This document shows, one piece after another, positions 8,922-12,029 of a DNA stretch of 12,029 bases. The DNA lies in NCBI GenBank assembly GCA_963977445.1, contig CAXBPH010000214.1, positions 1 to 12,029 of the forward strand, in the 5' to 3' direction. The position numbers and the translations under genes were made by a program. The stretch comes from an uncultured bacterium (lineage in GTDB: Bacteria; Hydrogenedentota; Hydrogenedentia; Hydrogenedentales; JAEUWI01). Below the pieces are notes generated by a model. The model worked only from the letters and a program-made list of their open reading frames with translations. It had not been told where the DNA came from and did not search any database. Numbering within the stretch: the stretch's first letter is position 1; every line of letters begins with the position of its first letter.

Positions 8922-10634
8922 ATGTTTTCTGCTTTGTCCAAATCCCTGCAAAGCAAACCGACCTCCCATCAATTGCTCGCCAACGTCTTCGCCGGTCTAA
9001 CCGTAGGCGTCATCGCCCTCCCCTTGTCCATGGGCCTCGCCATAGCAAGTGGCGTTCCCCCGCAGCACGGACTCTACACCGCCGTTATCGCGGGTATCGT
9101 CATTGCCCTCACCGGTGGGTCCAAGGTGAATATCTCCGGGCCGACCGCGGCCTTCGTCGTTATTCTGCTGCCTATCGTTCAGCAATACGGTATGGGCGGA
9201 CTCCTGTGCGCTGGTTTTATGGCGGGGTGTATTCTGGTCGGGATGGGCTTGCTGCGACTCGGGGCCTTGATACAGATTGTGCCCTATCCCGTAACGGTCG
9301 GATTTACCTCGGGCATTGGGGTCGTAATCGCCACGTTTCAGATCAAGGATTTTCTGGGGCTCGAAATCGCCGCGTCGGGAGAAAATTACGTCGAAAAGGT
9401 TTGGGACCTCTTTCGGGCAATGCCGACGCTCCGCTGGGAAGAAACGACGGTGGGTATTATTACCCTGGCCGTCATTCTGCTGTGGATGCGACTCAAGACT
9501 CGTTTTCCCTACCACCTGGCAGGGATTGTTGCCGGCACGTCGGCGGCGTGGCTTGCCGGGCACTTCATGACCGATTTTGACGTGGCCACCATCGGCTCCC
9601 GATTCCATTACACGCTGGGCGGTGTGGTGGGCAATGGTGTGCCGCCGATTCTGCCACGCTTTGTCATTCCGTGGATGCTCCCCGGGGCCGACGGCAATCC
9701 CATTGGCTTTTCCTTCGAGCTCCTGCGTAATCTGATTGGCCCGGCCTTTACCATCGCGATGCTTGCGGCCCTGGAGTCGCTCCTCTGTGCGGTGGTGGCC
9801 GATGGCATGTCGGGAAAACGACACAACCCCAACGACGAACTGATTGGCCAGGGTCTCGGCAACATGGTGGTCCCCTTTTTCGGCGGCATCCCTGCGACCG
9901 CTGCGATTGCGCGTACGGCGGCTAACGTCCGTGCCGGTGGTTCCTTGCCCCTCGCATCGGTGGTACATTCAATTTTTATCCTATTGGCCATTCTACTGTT
10001 GGCCCCCTTGCTCGCCTACGTTCCCATGGCCTCCATCGCCGCCCTGCTGATCGTGGTGGCCTGGAATATGAGTGAGGCCCACCATTTCGTGCGTATCCTG
10101 AAGGTCGCACCCGGTCGTGACATATTTACCCTGCTCAACTGCTTCGGACTGACCGTGCTTTTTGATATGCAGATTGCCATTGCCGTCGGCATGGGCCTCG
10201 CTGCGGTACTCTTCGTAAGGCGGAGCATAGAGCTTACGGGCGTGTCTATCGTGGAAGGGGCGGAGCATCATTTCCCTCGTGCGGCAACATTGCCGGACAG
10301 CGTCCTGGTATATGACATCGACGGCGCCATGTTTTTCGGATCTGCCCAGAAGGCCCTTCGGGCCCTGACCAGCGTACCCGGGGATGTGAAGGTGGTCATC
10401 CTAGAAATGTCGGACGTAAGTATGTTGGACATGACCGCTATGGTTGCTCTCGAGTCCATCCTTGACACCTTCAAGAAACGTCGGATACGGGTAGTAATTA
10501 ACGACCTCGCACCGCCATTAATCCAAAAACTGGAACGCGTTGGCATTGAAGAAGAAGCCGGCGTCCTGCGATACACTCAATCGATGGACGCCGCCATCGA
10601 CGACGCCCTTTGCACCGTGCCTGCGAGCGAATAA
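8922..10634 (+). CDS. dauA: SulP/SLC26-family transporter with C-terminal STAS domain, DauA-like C4-dicarboxylate transporter
   Basis: ATG 8922 with GGAG at 8908-8911; AGLTVGVIALPLSMGLAIASGVPPQHGLY, SGPTAAFVVIL, GFTSGIG, QIKDFLGL, DauA-type TIGSRFHY..IPWMLPG loop, ESLLCAVVADGM, GGIPATAAIART; STAS with DGAMFFGSA and LDMTAM. Confidence 0.88.
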   Translation: MFSALSKSLQSKPTSHQLLANVFAGLTVGVIALPLSMGLAIASGVPPQHGLYTAVIAGIVIALTGGSKVNISGPTAAFVVILLPIVQQYGMGGLLCAGFMAGCILVGMGLLRLGALIQIVPYPVTVGFTSGIGVVIATFQIKDFLGLEIAASGENYVEKVWDLFRAMPTLRWEETTVGIITLAVILLWMRLKTRFPYHLAGIVAGTSAAWLAGHFMTDFDVATIGSRFHYTLGGVVGNGVPPILPRFVIPWMLPGADGNPIGFSFELLRNLIGPAFTIAMLAALESLLCAVVADGMSGKRHNPNDELIGQGLGNMVVPFFGGIPATAAIARTAANVRAGGSLPLASVVHSIFILLAILLLAPLLAYVPMASIAALLIVVAWNMSEAHHFVRILKVAPGRDIFTLLNCFGLTVLFDMQIAIAVGMGLAAVLFVRRSIELTGVSIVEGAEHHFPRAATLPDSVLVYDIDGAMFFGSAQKALRALTSVPGDVKVVILEMSDVSMLDMTAMVALESILDTFKKRRIRVVINDLAPPLIQKLERVGIEEEAGVLRYTQSMDAAIDDALCTVPASE

Positions 10635-10644
10635 CGGTTCGCCA

Positions 10645-10929
10645 TCAGCCGCCGGACACCAATTGAAAGACCGTCAGACGATCGCCCTCACGGACGGGCA
10701 AGTCCATGCTTTCCAGCCAATCCGTGCTCTGGTCATTGTAGAGAAACATGAGGTGCTCACGCAGTTCACCTTTGTCCGAAAAGAGGTGCACCCGCAGCAA
10801 CGGGTACGCAACGAGAAGTGCGTCAATGATACCGGAGAGGGTCTCCGCCTCAACCACCACGGTTCGTTCACCGCCGACGCAGGACGCCAGAATCCCGGGA
10901 AGGGTTACTTCTATGGGAACCTTCGCCAC
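10645..10929 (-). CDS. MoaD/ThiS family ubiquitin-like (beta-grasp) protein, 94 aa
   Basis: GTG 10929, 2 nt after the upstream stop, preceded by GAGG; MAKVPIEVTLPGIL..AETLSGIIDAL..YPLLRVHLF..GELREHL..REGDRLTVFQLVSGG with C-terminal Gly-Gly. The track's 157-aa version overlaps the upstream gene and is too long. Confidence 0.88.
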   Translation of the reverse strand: MAKVPIEVTLPGILASCVGGERTVVVEAETLSGIIDALLVAYPLLRVHLFSDKGELREHLMFLYNDQSTDWLESMDLPVREGDRLTVFQLVSGG

Positions 10930-10931
10930 AA

Positions 10932-11975
10932 CTACGCCCCCGCCTCGATGGTCATCACCGTGACCGCGAGTATTCTCGGCAAGGCGCAGGGCATCGTCTG
11001 CCACTGGTCGCCGCCATCCACGCTGTAAAAGACTTGCCCTCCGGAAGTTCCGAAATAGACCCCGGGCACGGAGCAGGTATCGGTGGCCATGGCATGACGC
11101 AACACGCCGGAATAGCAATTCTCTGGAAGTCCCTGACGCACCGGCTCCCAGGATGCGCCCTGGTTTCTGGTGCGAAACACGGTCGGCTTGCCGGCTTCGA
11201 AGATACGGTATTCATCGGCTTCCTGAGGAATGATGTAGAGCCGGTTGGGGTCGTGGGGATCCATTACCATGGGGAAGCCGAATTTCGACGTAAGTCCTGT
11301 TTCGATTCGCTCCCATTGCTCGCCGCCATCCAGGGTACGTAACACGCCCTGATGGTTCTGTTGGAATATATGGTCCGGGTTGCCTGGATCCTGAGCCAGC
11401 GAATGGACACAGGAGCCAATGCACTTGTGCTCTTTTCCTTCTATGATGATGGGCATACCTTCGTTTTTGGGCAGGAAAGACTTTCCGCCGTCGTCGGAGC
11501 GAAAAACGCCTGCCGCCGAAATACCCACCCAGATTCGATCCGCATTTCCCTTATCGAGGAGTATGGTGTGGAGACATAGCCCTCCTGCGCCCCCCATCCA
11601 TTCTCCCCGCGTTTCGTGTTCTGATATGGATGGAATTCCCTCCCAGTTTGCACCGCGATCACGGGAAATGAAGAGTCCGGCATCGTCTGTGCCTGCGTAG
11701 AGCGTATCGGGCTCCTTGTCAGGGCCCGGCACAATTGTCCAGATATTTTTGAGGGTGGACGTGCTGTCTTTGCTGAACCTGGGGCTATTCTCCTGCTGTT
11801 TCCAGGTTGCTCCAAAGTCGGTCGAAACCTGAACCGTCGGTCCGTAGACAAAATGTCCAACGGCCGCATAGAGTGTCGGGGTTCCTCGGGTATCGAAGAG
11901 GATATTGTTCACTTTCCAGCCTTTGAGCACCGGGCCGGAAAGGGTCCACGTCGCACGATTGTCATCGGAGCGGAG
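10932..11975 (-). CDS. BNR/Asp-box repeat beta-propeller (sialidase/xyloglucanase-like annotation class); native N-terminus apparently displaced, possible pseudogene
   Basis: Asp boxes STDFGATW, SRDRGANW, SDDGGKSF, TLDGGEQW, TRNQGASW, SVDGGDQW; family motifs GAGGLCLHTI, QQNHQG, FGFPM, YFGTSGG. Family-like sequence begins abruptly at LRSDD (11975). Confidence 0.8.
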   Translation of the reverse strand, partial: LRSDDNRATWTLSGPVLKGWKVNNILFDTRGTPTLYAAVGHFVYGPTVQVSTDFGATWKQQENSPRFSKDSTSTLKNIWTIVPGPDKEPDTLYAGTDDAGLFISRDRGANWEGIPSISEHETRGEWMGGAGGLCLHTILLDKGNADRIWVGISAAGVFRSDDGGKSFLPKNEGMPIIIEGKEHKCIGSCVHSLAQDPGNPDHIFQQNHQGVLRTLDGGEQWERIETGLTSKFGFPMVMDPHDPNRLYIIPQEADEYRIFEAGKPTVFRTRNQGASWEPVRQGLPENCYSGVLRHAMATDTCSVPGVYFGTSGGQVFYSVDGGDQWQTMPCALPRILAVTVMTIEAGA

Positions 11976-12029
11976 CCCAGATTCATTTGTTAAGTGCAAC
12001 AACCGGGTTCTTCTTCTCTTCGCCGTGGG
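11976..12029. mobile_element. Probable terminal inverted repeat/end of an IS1380-family insertion sequence (extends beyond the window)
   Basis: Begins CCCAGATTCATTTGTTAAG, resembling the CCnRGATTC termini I recall for IS1380-family elements (e.g. ISEcp1 CCTAGATTC), exactly where BNR-family similarity stops; AT-richer than its flank. No transposase or second end is visible. Confidence 0.5.

Noticed and set aside
994..9968. Long antisense ORFs (994..1500, 4153..5274, 6205..6972, 6999..7658, 7719..8444, 8997..9968)
   Set aside because: They lie opposite well-supported genes, show no recognisable motifs, and are expected shadows in GC-rich coding DNA.

Overview
GC-rich bacterial DNA whose gene content (DUF1549/DUF1553 cytochrome + DUF1501 pair, secreted beta-propellers) is typical of Planctomycetota-like or Ca. 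Hydrogenedentes-like genomes; the taxon is inferred, not shown. Left to right: the 5' part of a probable sterol desaturase/fatty acid hydroxylase-family gene (minus strand, absent from the ORF track); a secreted glycoside-hydrolase-like propeller protein bracketed by two direct 80-bp hairpin repeats; a PQQ/BamB-like beta-propeller; a PSCyt1-DUF1549-DUF1553 cytochrome coupled to a Tat-type DUF1501 gene; a ~200-bp nested palindromic REP/REPIN-like element; a DauA-like SulP transporter; and, convergently, a BNR-repeat propeller + MoaD/ThiS ubiquitin-like pair. The BNR gene appears cut at 11975/11976 by the end of a probable IS1380-family element. The most notable signals are non-coding: the 80-bp repeat pair, the modular palindrome with covarying GNA-loop hairpins, and the putative IS junction. 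All family calls are from recognition of motifs, not database searches.
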